DNA of 50,115 nucleotides, counting the filler, from Catajapyx aquilonaris (Eukaryota), in the NCBI GenBank assembly GCA_000934665.2. It is 2 parts of 2 records of this genome, joined end to end, with 100 filler letters (N's around TTAATTAATTAA, not from the genome) between each part and the next. Parts side by side here need not be neighbours in the genome. Positions count along the whole stretch, not along the records: positions 25,168 to 50,115 come from JYFJ02005436.1; 1 more part is not named here. One strand, written 5' to 3'. Positions 49,883 to 50,115 of the stretch are shown one piece after another (position 1 is the first letter of the stretch; each line of letters starts with the position of its first letter). Made by a program: the position numbers and the translations under genes. The notes beneath the pieces are model-generated. The model saw only the letters and a program-made list of their open reading frames with translations. It was not told the DNA's origin and made no database searches.

Positions 49883-50115
49883 GAGGGGAGGGGGGGGGGT
49901 TGTAACAGTGGGCGAGGCGGATTGTAACACTCTGTCTTTAATGGTAGGCTAAATGTAATATGGAAGAGCCGTTTACACCCACTCATATTCTCGACAATTG
50001 TCGTAACCTAGATTAACTCCTACTTATTTCTTCATGTATTTGAATAATCCAGCAGGTAAGTGTAGCCTATTACAAAAGAATGGGTATTGATTCACATAAA
50101 TTTTTGACAAAGTTG

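Overview
This is arthropod (probably pancrustacean/hexapod) nuclear DNA. It consists of two contigs joined by an artificial 100-bp spacer (44 N + TTAATTAATTAA + 44 N, 25068-25167), so linkage across the middle is not demonstrated. The left half is rich in transposons and decayed genes: many MITEs (Tc1/mariner, hAT, other foldback types), tRNA-derived SINEs with clear TSDs, a truncated Ty3/Gypsy element, and three intron-retaining pseudogenes (armitage/MOV10-like helicase last exon split by a hAT MITE, ZAD-C2H2 zinc finger, SPATA5/AFG2 AAA ATPase). It also holds an apparently intact three-exon orphan gene (197 aa). The right half holds a small single-TM protein gene convergent with a complete B52/SRp55 (SRSF4/5/6 family) splicing-factor gene on the minus strand. 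That gene has two pairs of duplicated, apparently mutually exclusive RRM1 exons, candidate poison splice events, three intronic box C/D snoRNAs (two are SNORD2/snR39B-like) and several long intronic or upstream hairpins. All calls come from manual reading and recalled family motifs; no searches were run.
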